A stretch of 64,000 nt of DNA from Octopus vulgaris (Eukaryota): NCBI GenBank assembly GCA_951406725.2, contig OX597816.1, positions 155,496,001-155,560,000 on the forward strand, given 5' to 3'. Both the position numbers and the translations under genes were made by a program. The notes beneath the pieces are model-generated. The model had not been told where the DNA came from. It did not search any database and saw only the letters and a program-made list of their open reading frames with translations. The number at the start of each line of letters is the position of its first letter. Position 1 is the first letter of the stretch. Below are positions 28,919 to 39,850 of this stretch, one piece after another.

Positions 28919-29214
28919 CAGGTTCTCAAACTTTTGGGGCCACTGCCAGCCTCATGGCCACATAATGCCCCCAGTGACCGAACCCTTATTTTTATGTATA
29001 AATATTTTATATTTTACTAATTTATATATATATATATATATACTATGAATCATTTGATGTTTAATATAATATTATATAATTTGTATATAATACTATAATA
29101 AATTCATAGCATCCCCCAATTCACTACCTTTCTCCCAACACCTTTGTCACCTGCACCCACCTGGACCATCTCAATGCTCCCCAGGGGCGGTAGTACCCAC
29201 TTTGAGAACCTATG
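28919..29214. mobile_element. hAT (Charlie-like) MITE
   Basis: TIRs AGGTTCTCAAA and TTTGAGAACCTATG; 8-bp direct repeat GAGTAGAC at 28912-28919 and 29215-29222. Confidence 0.8.
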
Positions 29215-30051
29215 GAGTAGACAATTGTATGTAGGAATCAAAGAAGGCCATTGAACTTACTATTGCACAAATGAGTAGAAGTATACCACAATAAAAGTAG
29301 TAAGTTTAAACCGGCAGGTTCTGTCCCTAGAGACTAAGGGGATTCGCCGTGTGAGCTTAATGTAATCCCAAAGTTTACAGTGTTAAGTCATTGAAATGAC
29401 ACAGCTGTTCATATTGAAGTAGTGCTGTCAGGGGTAATGTCCTTCCAAAATGCCACTGAAAATAGCTGCACTCTCATTGAATTTTTTTGCTTACTGGACT
29501 GGAACAGAATTCCTTTCTTGATAGGTAACACTGTATTTATAGCTATGTAACTGGTTCCAGTTGGTTGCAGTTGCCAAAGCGCAACAGTTCTAATCCATGA
29601 CAGTAAAATAGAGCTTCCTTGATTCACTACACATCTTATCACTCTTACCACTATCCCACACTTTCGCACTAATTTCGGTTTCCCCTGTCCATTCCATATT
29701 CCTCAATGTCATCTATTGTTATGCTCTCTACTATCACTTCACAACTGTAAATTTGTTGCTCTCTTCAACCCACCTTGAACCACTGCGCTCTCCCTTCTAT
29801 CCTTCTTCAGGCCTTTATTCATGCAAGTTACAAAGCAACTTCAGTGCTGGTGCAACAACAAAAAAAAAAGCACCCAGTACACACTGTAAAGTGACATTAG
29901 GAAGAATATCCAGTTGTAGAAACTATGCTAAAGCAGACAGTAAAGCATAACATGTTTCTCTAACTTGTTAAATTCAGTTGAAGCATGTAACTCATGCTAG
30001 CATGGAAAACATGTTAAATGGTTATATATAAACACTGTTTTACACACACAT

Positions 30052-30440
30052 ATCATCATCATCATCGTTTAACATCTACTTTCCATGCTGGCATGGGTTG
30101 AACGATTTTGACTGATGGGCTGGCGAACCAGATGGCTGCACCAGTCTCCAATCTTGATTTGGCAGAGTTTCTACAGCTAGATGCCCTTCCTAACGCCAAC
30201 CACTCCGAGAGTGTAGTGGGTGCTTTTTATGTGCCACCGGCACGGGGGCCAGTCAGGCGGTACTGGCAACAACCTCGCTCGAATCCTTTTACACATGCCA
30301 CCAGCACAGGTGCCAGTAAGGCAACGTTGGTAACGATCACGCTTGAATGGTGCCCTTTTACATGCCACTGGCATGGAAGCCAGTTGGCTGCTCTGGCAAC
30401 AATCACTCTCGGATGGTGCTCTTGGCACCCTACTAGCATA
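30052..30440 (-). mobile_element. RTE 3' UTR-derived copy (young)
   Basis: Reverse complement of 34735-35098 with a (GAT)n tail; further degenerate copies at ~29840-30020 and ~30470-30720. Confidence 0.85.
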
Positions 30441-30809
30441 TATATAAAAAAATGGAATGAGGTGTTTTCATCATTGTCATTTAACATCCACCTTCCATGC
30501 TAGCATGAGTGGGACGGTTTCATAAGAGCTGGCCAGGTAGAAGCCTACACCAGACTTCTGTGACTGTTTTGGCAGGATTTTTACAGCTAGACGTCCTTCT
30601 TAACACCAACCACTCAGAAGAGTGGACTTAGCACTTTTTACGTGGCACAAGCACAGGCGAGGTCAGTTTTAGCAAGGTTTTTACAGCTGGATGCCCTTCC
30701 AAACTCCAACCACTTTACAGTTGTTAAATACAATTCATTAGTCAGAAGACTGTTCGTTCATGGCATTATCAATATTAATTTGTGAAGGAATAAAACGAAA
30801 TGATCCTGT

Positions 30810-33020
30810 AGGGACCAGCTATCCGAGTTGACAGTTCCTTAGTAGTTAAGGCAATTAGTAGCATGAAGACAGGGAAAGCCCCAGGCCCATCAGGAATTAC
30901 TGCAGAGGTGCTTAAGATATCTGGTAGTGTCGGCTATAGCCTAGTCACCCATATAGTTAACCAGGTGATACACAAAGGAGTCATACCCAATGACTGGTGT
31001 AGCAGCATAATAGTCAACTGCTACAAAGGTAAGGGTGACGCTTTAGATACAAATAATTACAGAGGTATCAAGCTGTTGGATCAGGTAATGAAGGTTACAG
31101 AGAGGGTCATAGCCCAACTGATTAGGGAGAGAGTCAGCTTGGATGAGATGCAGTTTGGTTTCGTGCCAGGAAAAAGCACCACTGATGCCATATTTCTGGT
31201 GAGACAGCTGCAGGAGAAATACCTAGCCAAGGATATGCCCCTGTACCTGGCTTTCGTTGACATGGAGAAAGCCTTTGACAGTGTCCCCCGATCCCTTATC
31301 TGGTGGTCAATGAGGAAACTAGGGATAGATGAATGGTTAGTGAGAGCTGTGCAAGCCATGTACAGAGACGCTGTAAGTAAGGTGAGGGTTGGCAACAAGT
31401 ACACTAAAGAATTCAAAGTAGAGGTAGGGGTCCACCAAGGTTCAGTCCTCAGCCCCCTCCTATTTATCATAGTCCTCCAGGCAATAACGGAGGAATTCAA
31501 GACAGGATGCCCCTGGGAGCTCCTCTATGCTGATGATCTTGCTCTAATTGCTGAGTCACTATCAGAACTAGAGGCAAAGTTTCAAGTGTGGAGAGAAGGA
31601 TTAGAATCAAAGGGCCTTAAAATCAACCTAGCTAAAACCAAAGTCTTAATATGTAGGAAGGCAGGCAAATCACAAACGCCTTCAGGTAGATGGCCCTGCT
31701 CGATCTGTAGAAAAGGCGTAGGTAGAAACTCTATAAGATGCACCAAGTGAAAGCTATAGACACATAAGAGGTGCAACAATGTCAAAGGAAGGCTAACTGG
31801 GAAGATACTTTTTGTATGTGGCAGATGCTCAGGAGCAATAAACATTGAAAATGCTCAGAGACCAACTTCCGCCACATCCCAGGGAGAAAAACTAGAAGTA
31901 GTTGATAGCTTCTGTTACCTAGAAGACCAAGTCAGAAGCGGGGGCGGGTGTGCTGAAAGTGTAACTGCTAGAGTAAGAATAGCCTGGGCAAAGTTCAGAG
32001 AGCTCTTACCTCTGCTGGTGACAAAAGGCCCCTTGCTCAGAATAAAAGGCAGACTGTATGACGCATGTGTACAAACAGCCATGCTACATGGCAGTGAAAC
32101 ATGGGCCGTGACTGCTGAGGATATGCGTAAGCTCGCAAGAAATGAAGCCAGTATGCTTCGATGGATGTGTAATGTCAGTGTTCATACTCGACAGAGTGTA
32201 AGTACCTTGAGAGAAAAGTTGGACCTAAGAAGCATCAGTTGTGGTGTACAAGAGAGACATTTGCGCTGGTATGGTCATGTAGCGAGAATGGATGAAGATA
32301 GTTGTGTCGAAAAGTGCCACACCCTAGCAGTTGAGGGAACCTGTGGAAGAGGTAGACCCAGGAAAACCTGGGACGAGGTGGTGAAGAATGACCTTCGAAC
32401 TTTAGGTCTCACCGAGGAAATGACCAGAGACCGAGACCTTTGGAAGTATGCTGTGCGTGGGAAGACCCGGCAGGACAAGTGAGACCATAACTCGTGGCTT
32501 CTACCTGGGATGTAGCCAGCCCACTTATGCATACCGTTCCTTCTTGTATCACAAACCCTACTTGTGAAGACCTGTTGAGGCAAGTGAAAATCGAAATTGA
32601 AATCTTTCAACATTAATGGAAATTGTAGCTGAGATACCAGTGCCGGTGGCATGTAAAAGAACCATCCAAACGTGGCCGTTGCCAGCGCCGCCCCGACTGG
32701 CCTCTGTGCCGGTGGCACGTAAAAAGCACCATCCGATTGTGGCTGTTGCCAGCCTCGTCTGGCCCCCATGCCGGTGGCACGTAAAAAGCCCAACCGATTG
32801 TGGCCGTTTGCCAGCCTCGTCTGGCACCTATGCAGGTGGCACATAAAAAGCACCCACTACACTCCCGGACTGGTTGGCATTAGGAAGGGCATCCAGCTGT
32901 AGAAACACTGCCAGATCAGACTGGGCCTGGCGCAGCCTCCTGGCTTCCCAGACCCCAGTTGAACTGTCCAACCCATGCTAGCATGGAAAACAGCCGTTAA
33001 ACGATGATGACGTTGATGAT
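30810..33020 (+). mobile_element. 5'-truncated RTE-clade LINE with 3' UTR and (GAT)n tail
   Basis: RT motifs KAPGPSG, NYRGIKLL, QFGFVPG, FVDMEKAFD, GVHQGSVLSP, YADD; C-terminal WYGHV and GRGRPRKTW; 3' UTR with repeated GTGGCACGTAAAAAGCACC; tail GATGATGACGTTGATGAT. Confidence 0.95.
30863..32482 (+). pseudogene. RTE ORF2 (reverse transcriptase), interrupted by stops near 31750
   Basis: ORFs 30863-31750 and 32018-32482 are in the same frame, separated by nonsense codons inside the Cys cluster. Confidence 0.9.
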
Positions 33021-34734
33021 TTCATAGTGCTATTAAAACTTGTTGCTACATAGTGTTTCAGAAACAAAATCAGTCTGATAGGCCTCAATTTTACTGCAGA
33101 CTGACTATAGCTGATTATGAGATGCAGAAGTTGTATAAGTGAAACAACTGTTTTGAGTAGGAATAAAAATATTATCATAAAGGTGGTTCTTAAAAAAAAA
33201 AAAGAAAGAGAACTTATGACTTTATTGCTACCACTTATCAGTTGGTAAGCCCAGCATTTAAAATATTTATGCATTATTACTTACTAATAGCAGATCCTAA
33301 ATACTTATGGTTATCTTTAGTGTTATAAAGCCAAGTGGAGAGGGCAGCAGTCAACCAGATAAGATGTTAGCAGACTGTGACCAATCAACAGCAATAAGAT
33401 ATATGCATGTTATCAAGATACAAAGCAATGCATCCATTCACTTAATAGAGGTTTTACTAATGATAGTATATATAATGATAGTATATCCATCCCTGAATCA
33501 GCCTTGACTGAACAACCTAAGACAGAAAGCTCTCCAGTCATGACCATACTGCCTTTTTCTCGAACCATAAAATCTAATGTATCCTTCAATTCATAAGACA
33601 ATAAAAACAAACATGTTACCAGTTCAAATATGCCTCAAGCATATTTGAACCCATAAGACATTCAAGATATTTTGTTATGGAGAAAATTTTTTGCTGTAGA
33701 CAAATAGATGTAAATACACTGAGTGAATATATGTTGGTAGATGTGATTATTTCAAGCAGGTTTGGTAACAGCATAAAGGAACCCCCCTCCTTAGCTCAGT
33801 GCTTGGAGTTCAGTTCTATGGGATTACATCATTCTTCGGTATAGGCTGTTGCTGTACTAAGAATATAAGAATGGATTTGTTTTCTCCATTTTACTCCACT
33901 AAATTCTGGAGATAAGTACCAACACAACAAAAGATACTATTAAAGGAAATAATCTCCATGAACACAAAAATCCATCCTTCCATTTTCTTTGCCTACTATT
34001 CCTGGAGTGGTTGTGGGAGTCAAATCCTCAAGGAACCTCCTGTCAGTACTTCCTTAGGTTCTAGGATGACCTTAAATCTACCCCAAGGCTTAAAAAGGGA
34101 TAGGCTCAAACATATTGATTCTTGACACCTTATGACGACAAAGATCTTAACTATTTTCTAATGACCCACTGTCATTACAAAAGCACTCAATGATCTGCAC
34201 CCTATTAGTCGAAACTTCCATTTTGACAATTTAACTTAAGTACTAGTTAAAACCTCATCCTTATTTGAAATTTTCAGATTATCAATTTTATCTTTCAGGA
34301 GTCTTATTTCTCAACCACAGGGTCCAGTCCTTGTTGTAGTCTGTTGGCGTGTTTGTCTCAGTGACCAAGAGCTATGCTACTGGAGCAGAAGCTCCTGGTA
34401 GGACTTGCCCTGATGGACAAGACAAAGAATTGAAACCAGATTAACATGAACCACATCTCAGAGATGAAAATAGCTTTGTTTAAGGTCAACAATCCTACCC
34501 AGAAGAAGAAAAAAGAAAAGGAAAGTTAGAGAAGCATCGATGGCAATTTCAAACCAACAAAATTTGGGAGAGAAACATCTTCCTTCAAGTCCTTCAAGAT
34601 GGGAAACTGAGGAAGAGTGGAAAAGCAGAGATCCAAATGGAAAGAAGCAGAAAAGGCAGCCCAAAGTTAAGAACAGTAGAGAAATATTGTCTCTGGCCAA
34701 CATTCCATGGGAAGAACATAATGGAATAGAAATC

Positions 34735-35098
34735 AATATGCTAGTAGGGTGCCAATCTGAGCATGATTGTTGCCAGAGCAGCCAACTGGCTTCCGTACCC
34801 GTGGCACGTAAAAGGGCACCATTCAAGCGTGATCATTACCAACGTTGCTTCACTGGCACATGTAAAAAGATTCGAGCAAGGTCGTTGCCAGTACCGCCTG
34901 ACTGGCCACTGTGCGGGTGGCACGTAAAAAGCACCCACTACACACTCGAAGTGGTTGGTGTTAGGAAGGGCATCCAGCTGTAGAAACTCTACCAGATCAA
35001 GATTGGAGCCTGGTGCAGCCATCTGGTTCGCCAGCCCTCAGTCAAAATCGTCCAACCCATGCTAGCATGGAAGGCAGATGTTAAACGATGATGATGAT
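34735..35098 (+). mobile_element. RTE 3' UTR-derived copy (young)
   Basis: ATGCTAGTAGGGTGCC ... GGAAGGGCATCCAGCTGTAGAAAC ... TTAAACGATGATGATGA. Confidence 0.85.
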
Positions 35099-35114
35099 AG
35101 GTTGAGAGGAGAGG

Positions 35115-35211
35115 TATATATTATATCAAAGTTGAAAGTCAACTGAGTTTCACCCTTAGTTGAGCTATGGGTGAAACTCAGAGTAGACTGTCAACTTTGC
35201 TATAATATATA
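35115..35211. repeat. ~97-bp imperfect hairpin (MITE-like) near the exon-2 donor
   Basis: TATATATTATATCAAAGTTGAAAGTCAACTGAGTTTCACCC pairs with GGGTGAAACTCAGAGTAGACTGTCAACTTTGCTATAATATATA. Confidence 0.8.
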
Positions 35212-35246
35212 AAAGTATTGTTCATATAATACGTATATCAACTTAC

Positions 35247-35280
35247 CAGTACATGTAAAAGTACCACAAGTAATAGCAGC
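35247..35280 (-). CDS. WBP1/VOPP1/Shisa-like protein, exon 2 (34-nt micro-exon, AAITCGTFTCT)
   Basis: Strong acceptor TTTTGTTTTCTCTTTTATACAG and donor CTG|GTAAGT; phase 0-1 bridges exons 1 and 3 and supplies the first two of six cysteines. Confidence 0.88.
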
Positions 35281-35920
35281 CTGTATAAAAGAGAAAACAA
35301 AATAAAGAGGAACTCGTTAATAGAAGTTAAATAAATAAATGAATAATATCTGATATTGCTTTAAAACAAGAAAAACAAAATTTTAAATTTGAATGTATTA
35401 ACTAAAGCAGTTGCAACTGAAATTATTTTTGAGAAATATTAAAATACTAATATTGTAGATGAAAAAACATTAGTCTTAAATCATCCAAATTGTAGTGAAC
35501 TTAGGAAGGATATATTAGACATCCTTGATAACATCCAAAGCAGTGGTTCTCAACCATATTTTGCTTATGGAAATCCTTTGATTCCTACTTTGCTCTACTG
35601 GACTTTCATAGTCATTCACTATATATAACAAATATTACTGTATTTTTATAATTAAATATTAAAAATTGTAAAAAAAACATTTTAATATTTTGTGTATTGT
35701 AGAACAGTTATTGCACATAAATTTTAGCACCAAAATCTTGTATGGACCCTCAACCCGACTGAATGGAATGAAGTTTCAGCATATGTTAAGCATGGAGTGA
35801 TTCTTATTGGAAGAGATATATGCATGATGCACTGAAGAAGACCAGAATGAAATTCGTTAAAGAAAGTGTTTATGCAAAAAGAGTTTTGAGATCAAACATC
35901 TGGACTAAGAGTATGCAAAC

Positions 35921-37740
35921 ATGAAGGTCGACTGAAAAGTTTGTGAGCTGACCAAGATACTCTCATAGAAGCTAACCAATTGAGATTTATTTTTCAAAAT
36001 TAGTCCTCCTTGCAGTTTTCACACTTCTTCTAATGGTGTTGCAGTGTTGGGTCCCATTAAGGAAGAGGCTTTCATCCTGTTGGTCAAAAAAGTCAACAGC
36101 AGATATGACATCATCACTGTGATACAGGTTCCTGATCAAATGATTTTTTTTTATGTGGGGGAACAGATGATAGTTGGATGAGATTAAATCATGAGAATAG
36201 GGAGGGTGATCAACCAGTTCAAAGCCACAATCATGCACAGCAGCCATTGAAATGAACTTGTGTACTGGAGCATTGTCCTGATGAAACAAGACCCCTTTTT
36301 GTCAGTTTTCCTGGGTGTTTAGTCTTGATAGGTTTTTGTAACTGCTTCAGCAAGTTGGCATAGACTCTCCATTGGTAGAGTGGGCCTTTTGAAGATAGTT
36401 AAAGCTGAGCTAGCGTGCGCTAGATTAGAACCATCCAGCCAGTCACAACCATCATCAGCAGGAATATTAGTTGAGGAATTTGAGTCTGATGAAGTAGAAC
36501 TAGGATCGGTCCTCTGACTGTTACCAGCAACTCTTTTCTGGTGCCAGAGCTGTAGGTTTTGAGCTATCTGCTGTCTATTCTGCTTACGTTCTTCTTCACT
36601 TAGAGTGTGCATTCTATTAAGTGGTGGTGATGGTGAAGCCCCATTCTGAATTGGGATTGCAGACTGTGGACTCACATTGCCAGAAGTGCCATTCTTAGCA
36701 AATACATCAGAAAATATTGGTGGAGAATTTATGTGGTGCTGGCCATCATTGGTGTGCATAGAATCTGACATAGAATGAGTCATGCCCTGTTTATCATGTG
36801 GAGGATTTTTAGAAGATTGACTATTATGTCATTTAACATGTGAATGAGGTTTTGTAGGTTTTTCAGTTATAACAACAGAATCCATTTGTAGCAGTTCCTG
36901 GGATAGTCGAAGATAGTTTTCTACCATCATTGCTTAAACTAACAGATGGAGATCCATGTAATTTCCCTTCTTCACTGAGGCAGCCTTTAGATTTTGTTGA
37001 CACAATGCCTTTTTACATCCCAAAAGACTGAGGCCATCATCTTCTCAGCAGATAACACAACCTCAGCCTTCTTTAGAGAAGGTGAGGAGTTTTCCACTAG
37101 CTCAAAGTGATGAATCCAACACTCATCCTGGATGTTAGAAATGTTCAAGGAAACCAGCTGGATCTGCCTCAAACAATGCCAGGTTATCCCCAATGATATG
37201 ATCAACCTGGTGTGCTTTTGAGCAGGTGTCAGAGGACGTGGCATCCACCAAGCAGAAACCCTCATTATGTCACATTCATTGTGCTGAATATTCTCAACTC
37301 TTTCATGAGATATGCTAACAGTATTGGCTTCTTGATTTATAGTCAGTTGCCTGCCGTCTTTCACCATGTGACTGGATGTCCAAACTTAGGATCATCTTTA
37401 GGACACTCCCTTACCCTTCTAAAATCAGCTGCCCACTTTTGCACTGTTGATATAGCTAGGATGTTACCCCTAATATAGCAACATGTCATGATGAATATTG
37501 TTGGAGGTTAAACTCTTGGAGAAGGTAAAGAATACACACACCCAGTGTTTAGGATAAGGGTTATACTGTAAATAGGTGGTGTGCATATTCTAAACTCTTT
37601 CAGCAGGTACTTGATAATACTGCCAAATTTTGTTGCTTTTCAAGCGAAGTCACTATAAGGGACTTTTGTAGTAGTCTTTGAAGAGTCAGATGTCAGTTTA
37701 CCTGGAAAGAAACAATGCAATCATTAATGAGATTTCACAG
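35921..37740 (-). mobile_element. Degenerate mariner (DD34D-type) transposon with internal insertions
   Basis: Transposase motifs STVQKWAA, WMPRPL (WVPxxL), QDECWIHH, MASVFWD, FHQDNAPVH, HPPYSHDL (YSPDL); TIR-like end near 35921-35955; other end uncertain. Confidence 0.9.
36404..36999 (-). pseudogene. Coding-like fragment of unknown origin inserted in the mariner transposase
   Basis: Non-transposase Ser/Pro/Asn-rich reading frame (STKSKGCLSEEGKLHGSPS...LSEEERKQNRQQIAQNLQLWHQKR...) with one frameshift and one in-frame TGA; flanked by contiguous mariner codons. Confidence 0.6.
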
Positions 37741-37744
37741 ATCG

Positions 37745-38090
37745 AGCATCCCACGAGCAGCAAAAAAATCAAATCATCAAACTATATTTGTATATGAAGT
37801 AGTATTTTATAAGTTGGAGCAGAAACAGACACAGCAGCCTGTGAGATTTTATGAATGGCATGGAGATCTTTAGGACACAGTGAGGAACGCATGCGCCTGG
37901 CTCCGGAGCCGTCTTGAGGTCATTATCGAAGCTGAAGGCAGTTATTTTAGGTATACGGTTATCTCCCAGCCATAATCTAGTTGATACATTTTTTATTTTT
38001 TTTTTTTTTTTAAATACGTTTACCTTTGGATGGAATATTGTTTTCTTTTCCTTTTACACAAACTGTCAAATTTAACCCTGTACATTGTGT
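37745..38090 (+). mobile_element. Tc1/mariner-superfamily 3' fragment
   Basis: DTVRNACAWLRSRLEVIIEAEGSYF resembles the conserved transposase C-terminus. Confidence 0.65.
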
Positions 38091-39524
38091 GTAACAGTCG
38101 GAAATGAACAACTGAACCCCAAATGACAAACATGTTAAGTATTTAGCTATTTAGAATCATTTTAATAAAAATTCAAAGTAAAATCATTTTACGTCCTGAG
38201 GCAAAATTTCCCCATTTAAACATCATATTCTTAAAACAAGGTGACCACGTTAGGTTTATTTATTGATTTTTTTATGACACGCGGAAACTTCTGATAAACA
38301 TTTCGCTTTACAATGTTTAATTTTAGTGCTGACTTTTTCAAACACGCCCTTATATCATTTACATGATATTGCATCTGATAAAACAAAAACTAATACTTTG
38401 TCACACAACTACAGCCATATAACATTAATCAAATTCAAATTTTGGGGACTGCAAAATATTTTAGACGCCCTCCTCCGACCCAGCTTGTTTGTCATTGGGG
38501 ATAGTTTTAGTTTTGTAATTAATCATTTTGCACGGCTAGTATTGTAGGTATTTTGTATTATTCATTATGGGGTCATTATTCTTTATAGATAAGAGTGATT
38601 ATAGAGATTTAGCCGTGAATGTTAACGGGTCGATCAACTGTAGAGACGTTCTATTATGAAATAAGTATAAATGTGCAAATATTAACTACACCAAAAATAT
38701 CCCCATGACAAACAACATGCCATTAAAAAAATCCGGAGCTGCCAAATTCCATACATCCATATGAAAAGGAAAATTTATCTCTTCCAGCATTTTTGAGTAT
38801 CCTTCTTTCATATAACGGAAACTACGTTTTTTTTTACTATTTCATTTATTTTCAAAAGTTTTGAGACAATGAAAGGCAAAAAAGGACCTCAGCGGAATTT
38901 GAACCCAGAACGTAAAGAGCCTATCAAATACAGCAATAGTTCAAAACTGATTTCGTGAAGTTTCTGTTTGAAAAACATGAAGTAACTGGACGTGGAGCGG
39001 AGATACTACCTTGTAACAAATCGAGTTTAAAAACTGTTAGCGAATAAATATTGTGTATTGATTAGTATTACTGTATTCACTTACGTTTTAATGTCAACGA
39101 TTAATAATATATAGGTTAAAGTTATTTACTGAAAAGTTGGAAAAATTTTTCTCTCCCAGCAACTAAGTTTCTTTTGTTTCTCAAAACGAAATACCGGCGA
39201 TAAAAATAAATATAAAATATATTTAATTATAACAAGAAATATATTTCATACACTCAAGACGTGTTCAAAACACCCTTAGCCTACTCTTCTTTAGTTCTAT
39301 ATCAACGAAAGTATTCCAAACTTTAACAGTATCGTATTTTGTCAGGCAGTTTAGGTATCATTTTTTATTGAGTTTGAAGAGATATGACTGTTATTTCTAG
39401 CACGAGAGACTGCATCAAAACTATCAAAGTACGTCGTCTGTTCAGGCAGCGTTAAAAAATGACGGGACGGGGTTCAGCATTCCAATAACGAACGCAATTA
39501 ATAAATAAATGAATATAAACTTAC

Positions 39525-39596
39525 CTTCACGATAGTTGCAAAGTTGAGAAAAATAAGCGGAAAAGCTCCGTAGGCGAGTGAAAGATTTTCGAACAT
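39525..39596 (-). CDS. WBP1/VOPP1/Shisa-like protein, first coding exon (signal peptide)
   Basis: GAAATG start; MFENLSLAYGAFPLIFLNFATIVK; canonical donor AAG|GTAAGT; phase 0 joins exon 2 to give a VKA-A cleavage-like site. Confidence 0.85.
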
Positions 39597-39850
39597 TTCT
39601 GGTTAAAATTTAAAGAAACACAATATCCCAGAAATTAAAATGTTTATATAATATTTATATAAATGATATGGTACAACCTAATAATATACACGAAACACAC
39701 ACAGAAAAAAAAGAAAAGAGTCGAGATGCTTTTGCGTCGTATAAAAAAAAATGTAAATAAAGAACTCTGAGTGAACGTGAAAGTTTTACCAGAAACAACA
39801 AATAAATAAATAAATGTTATTTTAATCGTTAACGATTGGTCAATTCATTT
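39597..39850 (-). promoter_or_regulatory. Putative 5' UTR / promoter region
   Basis: Non-repetitive CpG-retaining DNA upstream of the ATG; TSS not determinable; TTTTAACCAG 2 nt before the ATG could instead be an acceptor for an upstream non-coding exon. Confidence 0.35.

Noticed and set aside
32275-32853. 192-aa minus-strand ORF, and similarly 31081-31500
   Set aside because: Antisense shadow of the RTE ORF2 and 3' UTR
37660-37720. Acceptor-like TTGTTTCTTTCCAG in the mariner 5' region on the gene's sense strand
   Set aside because: No supporting donor or sensible in-frame product identified
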